This document shows positions 27,101 through 45,190 of a stretch of DNA of 64,000 nucleotides, piece after piece; position 1 is the first letter of the stretch, and each line of letters starts with the position of its first letter. The position numbers and the translations under genes are program-made. Source of the DNA: Eledone cirrhosa (Eukaryota). The notes under the pieces are model-generated. The model made no database searches. It worked only from the letters and a program-made list of their open reading frames with translations, and had not been told where the DNA came from. Location of the stretch: contig OZ024753.1 in NCBI GenBank assembly GCA_964016885.1, forward strand, positions 25,792,001 through 25,856,000, given 5' to 3'.

Positions 27101-30035
27101 GTCTGTGTGGCTGAGATGAAAGGTTTGCCTTTTCATGTCGTAGTCTGTGTGGCTGAGAGGAAAGGTTTGCCTTTTCATGTCGTAGTCTGTGTGGCTGAGA
27201 TGAAAGGTTTGCCTTTTCATACCGTAGTCTGTGTGGCTGAGATGAAAGGTTTGCCTTTTCATGTCGTAGTCTGTGTGGCTGAGATGAAAGGTTTGCCTTT
27301 TCATGTCGTAGTCTGTGTGGCTGAGATGAAAGGTTTGCCTTTTCATGTCGTAGTCTGTGTGGCTGAGATGAAAGGTTTGCCTTTTCATACCGTAGTCTGT
27401 GTGGCTGAGATGAAAGGTTTGCCTTTTCATACCGTAGTCTGTGTGGCTGAGATGAAAGGTTTGCCTTTTCATGTCGTAGTCTGTGTGGCTGAGATGAAAG
27501 GTTTGCCTTTTCATGTCGTAGTCTGTGTGGCTGAGATGAAAGGTTTGCCTTTTCATGTCGTAGTCTGTGTGGCTGAGATGAAAGGTTTGCCTTTTCATGT
27601 CGTAGTCTGTGTGGCTGAGATGAAAGGTTTGCCTTTTCATACCGTAGTCTGTGTGGCTGAGATGAAAGGTTTGCCTTTTCATACCGTAGTCTGTGTGGCT
27701 GAGATGAAAGGTTTGCCTTTTCATACCGTAGTCTGTGTGGCTGAGATGAAAGGTTTGCCTTTTCATGTCGTAGTCTGTGTGGCTGAGATGAAAGGTTTGC
27801 CTTTTCATACCGTAGTCTGTGTGGCTGAGATGAAAGGTTTGCCTTTTCATACCGTAGTCTGTGTGGCTGAGATGAAAGGTTTGCCTTTTCATGTCGTAGT
27901 CTGTGTGGCTGAAAGGAAAGGTTTGCCTTTTCATGTCGTAGTCTGTGTGGCTGAGATGAAAGGTTTGCCTTTTCATACCGTAGTCTGTGTGGCTGAGATG
28001 AAAGGTTTGCCTTTTCATGTCGTAGTCTGTGTGGCTGAGATGAAAGGTTTGCCTTTTCATGTCGTAGTCTGTGTGGCTGAGATGAAAGGTTTGCCTTTTC
28101 ATGTCGTAGTCTGTGTGGCTGAGATGAAAGGTTTGCCTTTTCATACCGTAGTCTGTGTGGCTGAGATGAAAGGTTTGCCTTTTCATACCGTAGTCTGTGT
28201 GGCTGAGATGAAAGGTTTGCCTTTTCATGTCGTAGTCTGTGTGGCTGAGATGAAAGGTTTGCCTTTTCATGTCGTAGTCTGTGTGGCTGAGATGAAAGGT
28301 TTGCCTTTTCATGTCGTAGTCTGTGTGGCTGAGATGAAAGGTTTGCCTTTTCATGTCGTAGTCTGTGTGGCTGAGATGAAAGGTTTGCCTTTTCATACCG
28401 TAGTCTGTGTGGCTGAGATGAAAGGTTTGCCTTTTCATGTCGTAGTCTGTGTGGCTGAGATGAAAGGTTTGCCTTTTCATACCGTAGTCTGTGTGGCTGA
28501 GATGAAAGGTTTGCCTTTTCATACCGTAGTCCGTGTGGCTGAGATGAAAGGTTTGCCTTTTCATACCGTAGTCTGTGTGGCTGAGATGAAAGGTTTGCCT
28601 TTTCATACCGTAGTCTGTGTGGCTGAGATGAAAGGTTTGCCTTTTCATGTCGTAGTCTGTGTGGCTGAGATGAAAGGTTTGCCTTTTCATGTCGTAGTCT
28701 GTGTGGCTGAGATGAAAGTTTGCCTTTTCATGTCGTAGTCTGTGTGGCTGAGATGAAAGGTTTGCCTTTTCATTCCGTAGTCTGTGTGGCTGAGATGAAA
28801 GGTTTGCCTTTTCATGACCGTAGTCTGTGTGGCTGAGATGAAAGGTTTGCCTTTTCATGTCGTAGTCTGTGTGGCTGAGATGAAAGGTTTGCCTTTTCAT
28901 GTCGTAGTCTGTGTGGCTGAGATGAAAGGTTTGCCTTTTCATGTCGTAGTCTGTGTGGCTGAGATGAAAGGTTTGCCTTTTCATGTCGTAGTCTGTGTGG
29001 CTGAGATGAAAGGTTTGCCTTTTCATGTCGTAGTCTGTGTGGCTGAGATGAAAGGTTTGCCTTTTCATGTCCGTAGTCTGTGTGGCTTGAGATGAAAGGT
29101 TTGCCTTTTCATGTCCGTAGTCTGTGTGGCTGAGATGAAAGGTTTGCCTTTTCATGCCGTAGTCTGTGTGGCTGAGATGAAAGGTTTGCCTTTTCATGTC
29201 GTAGTCTGTGTGGCTGAGATGAAAGGTTTGCCTTTTCATACCGTAGTCTGTGTGGCTGAGATGAAAGGTTTTGCCTTTTCATGTCGTAGTCTGTGTGGCT
29301 GAGATGAAAGGTTTGCCTTTTCATGTCGTAGTCTGTGTGCTGAAGATGAAAGGTTTGCCTTTTCATGTCGTAGTCTGTGTGGCTGAGATGAAAGGTTTGC
29401 CTTTTCATACCGTAGTCTGTGTGGCTGAGATGAAAGGTTTGCCTTTTCATGTCGTAGTCTGTGTGGCTGAGATGAAAGGTTTGCCTTTTCATGTCGTAGT
29501 CTGTGTGGCTGAGATGAAAGGTTTGCCTTTTCATGTCGTAGTCTGTGTGGCTGAGATGAAAGGTTTGCCTTTTCATGTCGTAGTCTGTGTGGCTGAGATG
29601 AAAGGTTTGCCTTTTCATGTCGTAGTCTGTGTGGCTGAGATGAAAGGTTTGCCTTTTCATACCGTAGTCTGTGTGGCTGAGATGAAAGGTTTGCCTTTTC
29701 ATGTCGTAGTCTGTGTGGCTGAGATGAAAGGTTTGCCTTTTCATACCGTAGTCTGTGTGGCTGAGATGAAAGGTTTGCCTTTTCATACCGTAGTCTGTGT
29801 GGCTGAGATGAAAGGTTTGCCTTTTCATCGTAGTCTGTGTGGCTGAGATGAAAGGTTTGCCTTTTCATGTCGTAGTCTGTGTGGCTGAGATGAAAGGTTT
29901 GCCTTTTCATGTCGTAGTCTGTGTGGCTGAGATGAAAGGTTTGCCTTTTCATGTCGTAGTCTGTGTGGCTGAGATGAAAGGTTTTGCCTTTTCATGGCGT
30001 AGTCTGTGTGGCTGAGATGAAAGGTTTGCCTTTTC
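18195..30035. repeat. 42-bp satellite, ~280 monomers (gtagtctgtgtggctgagatgaaaggtttgccttttcatgtc), runs into the gap
   Basis: Directly visible. Variants catgtc/catacc/catgcc and gagatg/gagacg/gaaagg. Confidence 0.99.
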
Positions 30036-30235
30036 NNNNNNNNNNNNNNNNNNNNNNNNNNNNNNNNNNNNNNNNNNNNNNNNNNNNNNNNNNNNNNNNN
30101 NNNNNNNNNNNNNNNNNNNNNNNNNNNNNNNNNNNNNNNNNNNNNNNNNNNNNNNNNNNNNNNNNNNNNNNNNNNNNNNNNNNNNNNNNNNNNNNNNNNN
30201 NNNNNNNNNNNNNNNNNNNNNNNNNNNNNNNNNNN
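30036..30235. other. Assembly gap (200 N)
   Basis: Run of N. Confidence 1.
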
Positions 30236-32480
30236 ATTATGTATGAAGATAGAGAGAAAAAAATAATAATTGTGGGTGAATATTCTAACGTCAAAAGAAG
30301 AAATGTATGTATTGTGGCAATTTCAAAATTAGCGAAGAGAAAAATTGTTAAGGTTTGTGTGTAGAAGGATTTGAGAAAAATAATGTGAAGTTAAAGTTTG
30401 TATATTGATAATATGTGCGAATAAAGAGTTAATATGTATTAATAATGAGTTCGTTGATGGGGAGAAAAAAAAAATAATAAATTAAGGATGAAATTGAGAT
30501 TAAAAAGATTTATGATAGAGAGAAAAAAATAATAGTGATTGCGGATGAATATTGTAAAATCATAACAAATGTTATGGTTTTACGAGAAGATAGAATGAGG
30601 GTAATGAGTAAACGAGTATTATAGAGTGTATAAGGCCCTTTAAAGTAAGGTAGATGGGTATATTTTAAAGAGGTGTATGTATATGTGCCTTTGAGAAAAG
30701 ATTCCAAGTTGATAAAGAATTGAATATTAACTGTATACTTTGTGAAAAGTTCTATGGAATTTATGCAGGCAGATAGAAAACAAATCTGAGCGTCTATTTA
30801 TTATAGAATCTAGGTTAGAGATAATGGTAAATTTTTCATTTAGGCAGAGATTACAGATTTTGGATAGAGAGCTGTTCAAGTATGAGGATGCAGAAGAAAT
30901 CTTCTTCCAAAAGATGGTATATTTAATGTTTTTGTCTTTTAAGGACCATATGAGTTCTGAGAGAGCAGTGTTAGTTCTTTTAAGTTTGTATTTGAAAGAT
31001 GAATGATGATTATAGAGACGAGCTTTAAAAGAGGTGGAAGTGGAGCCAAAATAGGTGAAGGAATTGGTGCTAGTTATAATTTTACATTCATAAATTAAGT
31101 TTTTATCGAGGCAATGGTTGTTGAGAGGACATTTATTTTTAATGCGGCAGTTGCAATTAGAGAGATTATTAATGAGTGATCTAGTGTTATCTATAGAAGG
31201 AATTGGATTGGAGAAGTTGTTTGCGATAGGAATAATAGGAATAATAGTTTCTTGATTTAGATTTGGATTATGAACATTTAGCGAAGTTGTGTTTGACGTT
31301 GTATTTGGGTTTACAGAAGTTAGCCTAGGGTTTACAATGACGTCGGGAGTACTATTACTGTTATTATGAAATTCAATATTGGAAGGAAGAGATTTAGTAT
31401 TTAATATTTTGTTGTTGTGTTTAGAGATGATGTTGGAAATATTGGAGGATGTAGAATACGAAAATTTGATGGTGTGTTTGTTAAATATTTTACTATAGAT
31501 ATGTGAGGGAGGGAAGCATTTATTTAAGGCACTAAAAAATAATTTAGGAATATTGTTATTAATAGAGATGGAGAAAGGAGCATTATACCAGATTATGTTT
31601 TTGTATCTAGGTCTTTTATTAAAATTATTGGAATGGTCATGATTAATTATTCTACTGTAAGTTTTTCTAGAATTTGTTTCTTTATTATATTTGATTTTAT
31701 CTGGATAGCCGGCTTTAGAAAGTGCGTTATTATAGTAATTGGCGTTAGCATCAAAGACGTTTTTATTAGAAGATATGTTAGATATTCTATTTCCAATATT
31801 ATTAACTATAGCATTCTTGATATTGGTAGGATGGTTAGATTTAAAGTTAACATAATTAAGGTTCTCATTGTTTTTATGGTAAGGGTAATATAGGCCAGTG
31901 TCAAGATTAAGAGATACATCCAAGAAATTAGCTAGTTTGATACTATTATCAAATTCAATTTTTAGGTTATGTTGGTTAAAGAGATTACGTATATTGTTCT
32001 TAATAATATTAAGTTTAACTATATTGCAATTTAGGATAGTAAAGAGTCCATCGTCACGATAAATTCCACCGCGATAAATTCCACCTCTCAGTTATAAAAA
32101 CTATCTCTTTCTCTCTATCACCCATCTCTCCCTCTCATCTCCTTCCCTTTTCATCCTTCCCCCCCCCTCTCTAAATAAAATATTTTCCCCAATATCACAC
32201 ATCAATCTAAAACCACTTTTCATATGTTGATTTAAAACTGCACTATCCGCGAGTGTTTTTTAGCCTTCATATCATGTTCTCCTGTTTTATCTGATGAAAA
32301 CACAAATATTATTGCTTGATGATGTTTGTTTTTGAAATGCGCATAATAAAATATATGGAACTCCTTTAACCATCTTTTGATCTTATATTATGCATACTCC
32401 AGTCCCACAAACTGTAGAGTGCTTCTTATCCGATATCTGCATTGCTTTATTGTACTACAATAAAACTCACCTCCTACATA
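30236..32480 (-). mobile_element. Penelope-like element 2 (Naiad-type), 5'-truncated at the RT active site, with an opposite-strand pLTR end at 32086-32480
   Basis: Uninterrupted minus frame 32070-30727 gives GGIYRDDGL, FLDVSLNL, SNHP, WYNAPFS, FSYST, CNCRIKNKCPLNNHC, LIY..YFGST, RLYNH and CNLCLNEK..CLH. The 3' UTR is cut by the gap. Confidence 0.92.
32284..32352 (+). ncRNA. Type I hammerhead ribozyme (minimal, palindromic stem III), PLE2
   Basis: Stem I gttttat/ataaaat; CUGAUGA 32291-32297; AU-rich stem II aaacacaaa../..tttgttttt; GAAA 32334-32337; palindrome tgcgca; UA cleavage site 32344-32345. Confidence 0.8.
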
Positions 32481-32633
32481 TATATGTATATATATATGTA
32501 TATCATATATATATATATCATATATATATATATATATGTATATCATATATGTATATCATATATATATATATCATATATGTATATCATATATATATATCAT
32601 TTATATATATATGTATATCATATATATAAATAT

Positions 32634-32680
<47 letters not shown>

Positions 32681-32705
32681 TATATATATATATATATATA
32701 TGTAT

Positions 32706-32785
<80 letters not shown>

Positions 32786-32955
32786 CATATATATATATAT
32801 ATATGTATATCATATATATATATATATATATATGTATATCATATATATATATATATATATATGTATATCATATATATATATATATATCATATATATATAT
32901 ATATATATATATGTATATCATATATATATATGTATATCATATATATATATGTATA

Positions 32956-32993
<38 letters not shown>

Positions 32994-33404
32994 TATATAT
33001 ATATATATATCATATATATATCATATATATATATATATATCATATATATATATATATATATCATATATATATATATATATATCATATATATATATATCAT
33101 ATATATATATATATATATATATCATATTTATATATTATATATATATATTATATTATATATATGGTGGATTGGCAGTATCGGTAGAGGGTCGGACGCCATG
33201 CTTTCCAGCATAGTTACGTCCCTTTATGATCTGAGTTCAAATCCCGCCGAGGTTGACTTTGCCTTTCATCCTTACGGGGTCGATAAAATAAAGTACCAGT
33301 AATGCACTGGATAATTGCTGGCCTTGTGCCTAAAGTAGAAACAATTATATTATATATATATATATTATATATATATATATTATATATATATATATATATT
33401 ATAT

Positions 33405-33440
<36 letters not shown>

Positions 33441-33466
33441 ATATATATTATATTATATATATATAT

Positions 33467-33498
<32 letters not shown>

Positions 33499-34013
33499 AT
33501 TATATATATATATATATTATATATATATATTATATATATATATATTATATATATATATTATATATATATATATTTTATATATATATTATATATATATATA
33601 TCATATATATATATATATATATATCATATATATATATATCATATATATATATATATATATATCATATATATATATATATATATATCATATATATATATAT
33701 ATATATATATCATATATATATATATATATATCATATATATATATATATATATATCATATATATATATATTATATATATATATATCATATATATATATATA
33801 TATATATATATCATATATATATATATATATATCATATATATATATATCATATATATATATATATATATATCATATATATATATATATCATATATATATAT
33901 ATATATATATCATATATATATATATATATCATATATATATATATATATATCATATATATATATATCATATATATATATATCATATATATATATATATATA
34001 TATATATCATTAT

Positions 34014-34044
<31 letters not shown>

Positions 34045-34063
34045 CATATATATATATATATAT

Positions 34064-34094
<31 letters not shown>

Positions 34095-34118
34095 CATATA
34101 TATATATATATTTATATG

Positions 34119-34166
<48 letters not shown>

Positions 34167-34316
34167 TATATATATAGATATATATATCATATATATATAT
34201 ATATATATATATCATATATATATATCATATATATATATATATATATCATATATATATATCATATATATATATATATATATCATATATATATATATATATA
34301 TCATATATATATATAT

Positions 34317-34355
<39 letters not shown>

Positions 34356-34510
34356 TATATATATATATATCATATATATATATATATATATATATATCAT
34401 ATATATATATATATCATATATATATATATATATATATATATCATATATATATATATATCATATATATATATATATATATCATATATATATATATCATATA
34501 TATATATATC

Positions 34511-34541
<31 letters not shown>

Positions 34542-35109
34542 TTATATATATATATCATATATATATATATCATATATATATATATATCATATATATATAT
34601 ATATATATCATATATATATATATCATATATATATATATATATATCATATATATATATATATCATATATATATATATATATATCATATATATATATATATA
34701 TCATATATTTATATATATCATATATATATATATATCATATATATATATATATATATCATATATATATATATATATATCATATATATATATATATATATCA
34801 TATATATATATATCATATATATATATATATCATATATATATATATATATATCATATATATATATATATATCATATATATATATATCATATATATATATAT
34901 ATATATATCATATATTTATATATATATATCATATATATATATATCATATATATATATATATATATATCATATATATATATATCATATATATATATATATA
35001 TCATATATATATATCATATATATATATATATATATCATATATATATATATATCATATATATATATATATCATATATATATATATATATATCATATATATA
35101 TATATATAT

Positions 35110-35143
<34 letters not shown>
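32478..35143. repeat. (TA)n/(TATC)-interrupted microsatellite field containing a SINE
   Basis: Directly visible. Confidence 0.97.
33163..33348 (+). mobile_element. tRNA-derived SINE, near full length
   Basis: A-box-like tggcagtatcggtag, B box gagttcaaatccc and Meta-like core. Confidence 0.92.
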
Positions 35144-35146
<3 letters not shown>

Positions 35147-35345
35147 TTAGTTATACTATTTATGGTTATGTAAACAAAACCTTAAGCAGTTGTAAGTATT
35201 TTACACACACCCTAAATAGTGGTAGGCAGTAATGTATTACTACCTTATTACCAGTAAGTTAAGTAGCTCAATGTAAAAACATCAGATGATTTACAGAGCA
35301 GTTATATGAAATATAAGAATCAAAGAACTGTTCAAAACATTATTG

Positions 35346-35394
35346 TGCTTACAGCTGTTTCCTCCAAACCGAGGTTTGGATTCTTCGGAGCAAT
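35346..35394 (-). ncRNA. Hammerhead ribozyme variant, PLE3 inverted pLTR
   Basis: Reverse complement of 39985-40033. Confidence 0.7.
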
Positions 35395-38300
35395 TTATTA
35401 ATGCATGGACAGTTATATGACCTCCTTTTCAGCCGAGAGACATACCAATACATATTCAAACATTGATACATATTCAAACATTGTGGGTCAACATTCATTA
35501 CAAAATTTAGAGTGGCAGTACACACTTCGAGATTACATTTATATTAATAGGTACAATCAAAAATCAAAGATATAGGTTAAAGTACAACATGAAGATAAGT
35601 GGTTATATAGTGCAAATGTTATATGTGTGGCACGCATGTGCGTCTTGTTTATATAGTGTGGCAGAGAGATATGTGTGGTAGAGGCACTTAGGTAGGTAAA
35701 TAAGAGTGTTAGGTTGGTAGATCTGGTGGCAAAGTCTTTATATGATTGATGTAGTCTGTGTGTGGAGAAATATTATAAGTATTAAAGATAGTGCAAGCAT
35801 TAAAAGTGTTATAAGTATTGGAGATGCACAACGCAGGGATGTCAAGTAATTCATGTACTTCGGCATTTTCATGGTCAAGGGAGTGTATATTTCGATTATA
35901 TGCCTTTCACATAATCCACTACAATCCAGTTAGAGATCGTAGTCTGGTGTTCTTTAGTTCGATACAGGAGGTTGTTACGTTTCGAGAGACGCCATTGAAT
36001 ACCGGAAGTGTGTGTGGCTAAGGGGAGTTAATGCATGCGGGGAGGTAACTCTGGGGTTTCTATATCTAGCCATTAAAATGTGTCCCAATATGGACCCTAA
36101 ATTCTATGGTGAGGTGCACCTTCCAAGAGAGACTTTTAAAGCATAAAGTGCACTAACTATAGAGTAGTTTAACTAAATTATGCTGAAGGTGATCATATTA
36201 TTATTAAGGTGGATTAACCCATCTTAAGGTGCTACAAATGGAAATAATAGATGATGAGCGAGGATTCTAAATTAATGATCTCTGTGGTTGTAGTCTGCTC
36301 ATATGACCAGGCGCGGTGATTGCAGGATTGCTTCAGGACCCAATGATCTCTGGTAAGATCTGGGTCATCGCTTGCTACATTGGATGTCGAAAGATAATCG
36401 TCCCCAGGCAGGCCAAAGGTCAATCCGCAGTCCTCGCGACCCCTCTCTGACCGTCAGATCATCCATATACGTACAACCCGCACGGCAGTTGCATTGCATT
36501 CACTCACTGCGCTCAGCAGCCCGGTCCTACTGGTCAACAGCGCTACTCGATTAAATCATTTTACATCTGTCTAAGGAAGGTGTTTCCTCTGCCCAACACC
36601 ATCCAACCGATCAATTCATGCTCAAATTACCCCTAGAGCGGTGTAGTGCCGTCCAGGTGGGTGGATGTTGTCACACCTGCCGTAGAGGTATAAATGGGTA
36701 TTTTCCCTGCGAAGGGTTCCAGAGGGATGTCGTTGTTTGTGTTATAATGGATCAGCTAGTGTTGGGTATGTAGTATAGGGTGTGTCTCTGGTGTTTGATG
36801 CTAGATGTGGTGTTAGGTTCCAGTCCGACATTGCTATATATAGGGCTTAAAGTTTTGGAAGGAATGTCTGAGGCGGTGTTGGCAAGTTGCAAACACCTCA
36901 GATTTTTTGTTAAGTAGGTTACGGTTGGAGAAGATAATATTGTGTGTCTCTAGTATACAGAGGTTACAGAATTTATTAGGTGGTTTGTACGAGGTCGCGC
37001 TGCCTATCACTTCCCATTTGAGTGTGTATGGTTTATTTTTAGATTTTAGATAGTGTATGTAGCTAGAAAGTGAGGTGGAGTTGGCTAGGCTGTGCTTTTT
37101 GAACGAGTGGATGTGCGAGTTATATCTAATTTTGAAGCAGTTAGAAGTGGAGCCTACATAGGTTTCTGAAGAGTTATTAGTCGTGACTGTGCATGAGTAT
37201 ATGACATCCTTGGTTAGGCATTTTTTATCTAAGGGGCAGGTTCTATTAGCTCTACAGTTACACTAAAAATGTTAACTTCCTAGACGCCACACTATACCTA
37301 GACTCAAAAATATATACACCTTTCCATAAGCCTAATGAGAAACTTATTTACGTAGATACCAAGTCTAATCACCCTAGATCAATATTAAACTCTATCTCTA
37401 AGGGGGTGTCCAATAGAATCTCTAGTCTGTCCTATGACGCAAACATATTTAGCAAAAACTCACAATATTACAATCAAGCATTAGCTAGCTCCGGCCATAA
37501 TATAGAAATAGAGTTCCTACCTAAGAAAACACATAGCTACAACATCATCTCGCACAACATGTCCATGAGGAAATCTAATAATAGGAATAGCAACCACAAG
37601 TACACCAAAGCGGAGGGTGCCACCGGAAGTAACCATTACCATGGAAACTACTGTGAGGCCTTAGGAGGAAGCAACACACCAAACACTAAAAGCAAAAATA
37701 GAAGAAGAAATAATACATTTTTCAACCCTCCTTTCAACCTAAATGTCTCCACCAACATACCTAGGGCTTTCTTCTCACTACTAGATAAAAACTTCCCTCT
37801 AGGACACAAGTACCACAACCTCTTAAACAAAAACACCATTAAAATCTCATACTCTACGACGCCTAACTTAGCATACCACATAGCTAGCAGCAATAATAGT
37901 AAAATTAGTTCTTACTTCCAACAAACAAAATCACAACGGGATGCAAACCCTCTAAATACCACTGTAGCAAGCAACAATAGCAACGGCAGTAACAATAGAA
38001 ATAACACTAGTATAAGTAATAACACCAGGGTTGTCAACCTGAACACCCAAAATCCTATATCCACCACACAGACTTCCGCATTGCATTATAACCAGCGGAC
38101 TAACGCACAGAATAATTGTAACTGTAGAGCTAATAGAACCTGCCCCTTAGATAAAAAATGCCTAACCAAGGATGTCATATACTCATGCACAGTCACGACT
38201 AATAACTCTTCAGAAACCTATGTAGGCTCCACTTCTAACTGCTTCAAAATTAGATATAACTCGCACATCCACTCGTTCAAAAAGCACAGCCTAGCCAACT

Positions 38301-39984
38301 CCACCTCACTTTCTAGCTACATACACTATCTAAAATCTAAAAATAAACCATACACACTCAAATGGGAAGTGATAGGCAGCGCGACCTCGTACAAACCACC
38401 TAATAAATTCTGTAACCTCTGTATACTAGAGACACACAATATTATCTTCTCCAACCGTAACCTACTTAACAAAAAATCTGAGGTGTTTGCAACTTGCCAA
38501 CACCGCCTCAGACATTCCTTCCAAAACTTTAAGCCCTATATATAGCAATGTCGGACTGGAACCTAACACCACATCTAGCATCAAACACCAGAGACACACC
38601 CTATACTACATACCCAACACTAGCTGATCCATTATAACACAAACAACGACATCCCTCTGGAACCCTTCGCAGGGAAAATACCCATTTATACCTCTACGGC
38701 AGGTGTGACAACATCCACCCACCTGGACGGCACTACACCGCTCTAGGGGTAATTTGAGCATGAATTGATCGGTTGGATGGTGTTGGGCAGAGGAAACACC
38801 TTCCTTAGACAGATGTAAAATGATTTAATCGAGTAGCGCTGTTGACCAGTAGGACCGGGCTGCTGAGCGCAGTGAGTGAATGCAATGCAACTGCCGTGCG
38901 GGTTGTACGTATATGGATGATCTGACGGTCAGAGAGGGGTCGCGAGGACTGCGGATTGACCTTTGGCCTGCCTGGGGACGATTATCTTTCGACATCCAAT
39001 GTAGCGAGCGATGACCCAGATCTTACCAGAGATCATTGGGTCCTGAAGCAATCCTGCAATCACCGCGCCTGGTCATATGAGCAGACTACAACCACAGAGA
39101 TCATTAATTTAGAATCCTCGCTCATCATCTATTATTTCCATTTGTAGCACCTTAAGATGGGTTAATCCACCTTAATAATAATATGATCACCTTCAGCATA
39201 ATTTAGTTAAACTACTCTATAGTTAGTGCACTTTATGCTTTAAAAGTCTCTCTTGGAAGGTGCACCTCACCATAGAATTTAGGGTCCATATTGGGACACA
39301 TTTTAATGGCTAGATATAGAAACCCCAGAGTTACCTCCCCGCATGCATTAACTCCCCTTAGCCACACACACTTCCGGTATTCAATGGCGTCTCTCGAAAC
39401 GTAACAACCTCCTGTATCGAACTAAAGAACACCAGACTACGATCTCTAACTGGATTGTCGTGGATTATGTGAAAGGCATATAATCGAAATATACACTCCC
39501 TTGACCATGAAAATGCCGAAGTACATGAATTACTTGACATCCCTGCGTTGTGCATCTCCAATACTTATAACACTTTTAATGCTTGCACTATCTTTAATAC
39601 TTATAATATTTCTCCACACACAGACTACATCAATCATATAAAGACTTTGCCACCAGATCTACCAACCTAACACTCTTATTTACCTACCTAAGTGCCTCTA
39701 CCACACATATCTCTCTGCCACACTATATAAACAAGACGCACATGCGTGCCACACATATAACATTTGCACTATATAACCACTTATCTTCATGTTGTACTTT
39801 AACCTATATCTTTGATTTTTGATTGTACCTATTAATATAAATGTAATCTCGAAGTGTGTACTGCCACTCTAAATTTTGTAATGAATGTTGACCCACAATG
39901 TTTGAATATGTATCAATGTTTGAATATGTATTGGTATGTCTCTCGGCTGAAAAGGAGGTCATATAACTGTCCATGCATTAATAA

Positions 39985-40037
39985 ATTGCTCCGAAGAATC
40001 CAAACCTCGGTTTGGAGGAAACAGCTGTAAGCACAAT
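39985..40037 (+). ncRNA. Type I hammerhead ribozyme variant (CCGAAGA core), PLE3 main copy
   Basis: Stem I tgct/agca (extendable); CCGAAGA 39991-39997; stem II tccaaacc/ggtttgga; GAAA 40018-40021; palindrome cagctg; GUA site ending 40029. Same position relative to the element end as in PLE1. Confidence 0.72.
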
Positions 40038-40064
40038 AATGTTTTGAACAGTTCTTTGATTCTT

Positions 40065-45189
<5,125 letters not shown>

Positions 45190-45190
<1 letters not shown>

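Noticed and set aside
18145-30035. 2000+ aa repetitive ORFs on both strands
   Set aside because: They follow from a 42-bp unit lacking stops. There are no unique N- or C-terminal domains, several frames are open at once, and variants are not biased to synonymous sites.
18195-30035. CRISPR-like array or tandem hammerheads (ctgagatgaaa)
   Set aside because: There are no unique spacers or cas genes. The motif is CUGAGA, not CUGANGA, and stems I-III cannot be formed.
33163-33260. tRNA gene
   Set aside because: A/B boxes are present but there is no cloverleaf, and it is part of a multi-copy SINE.
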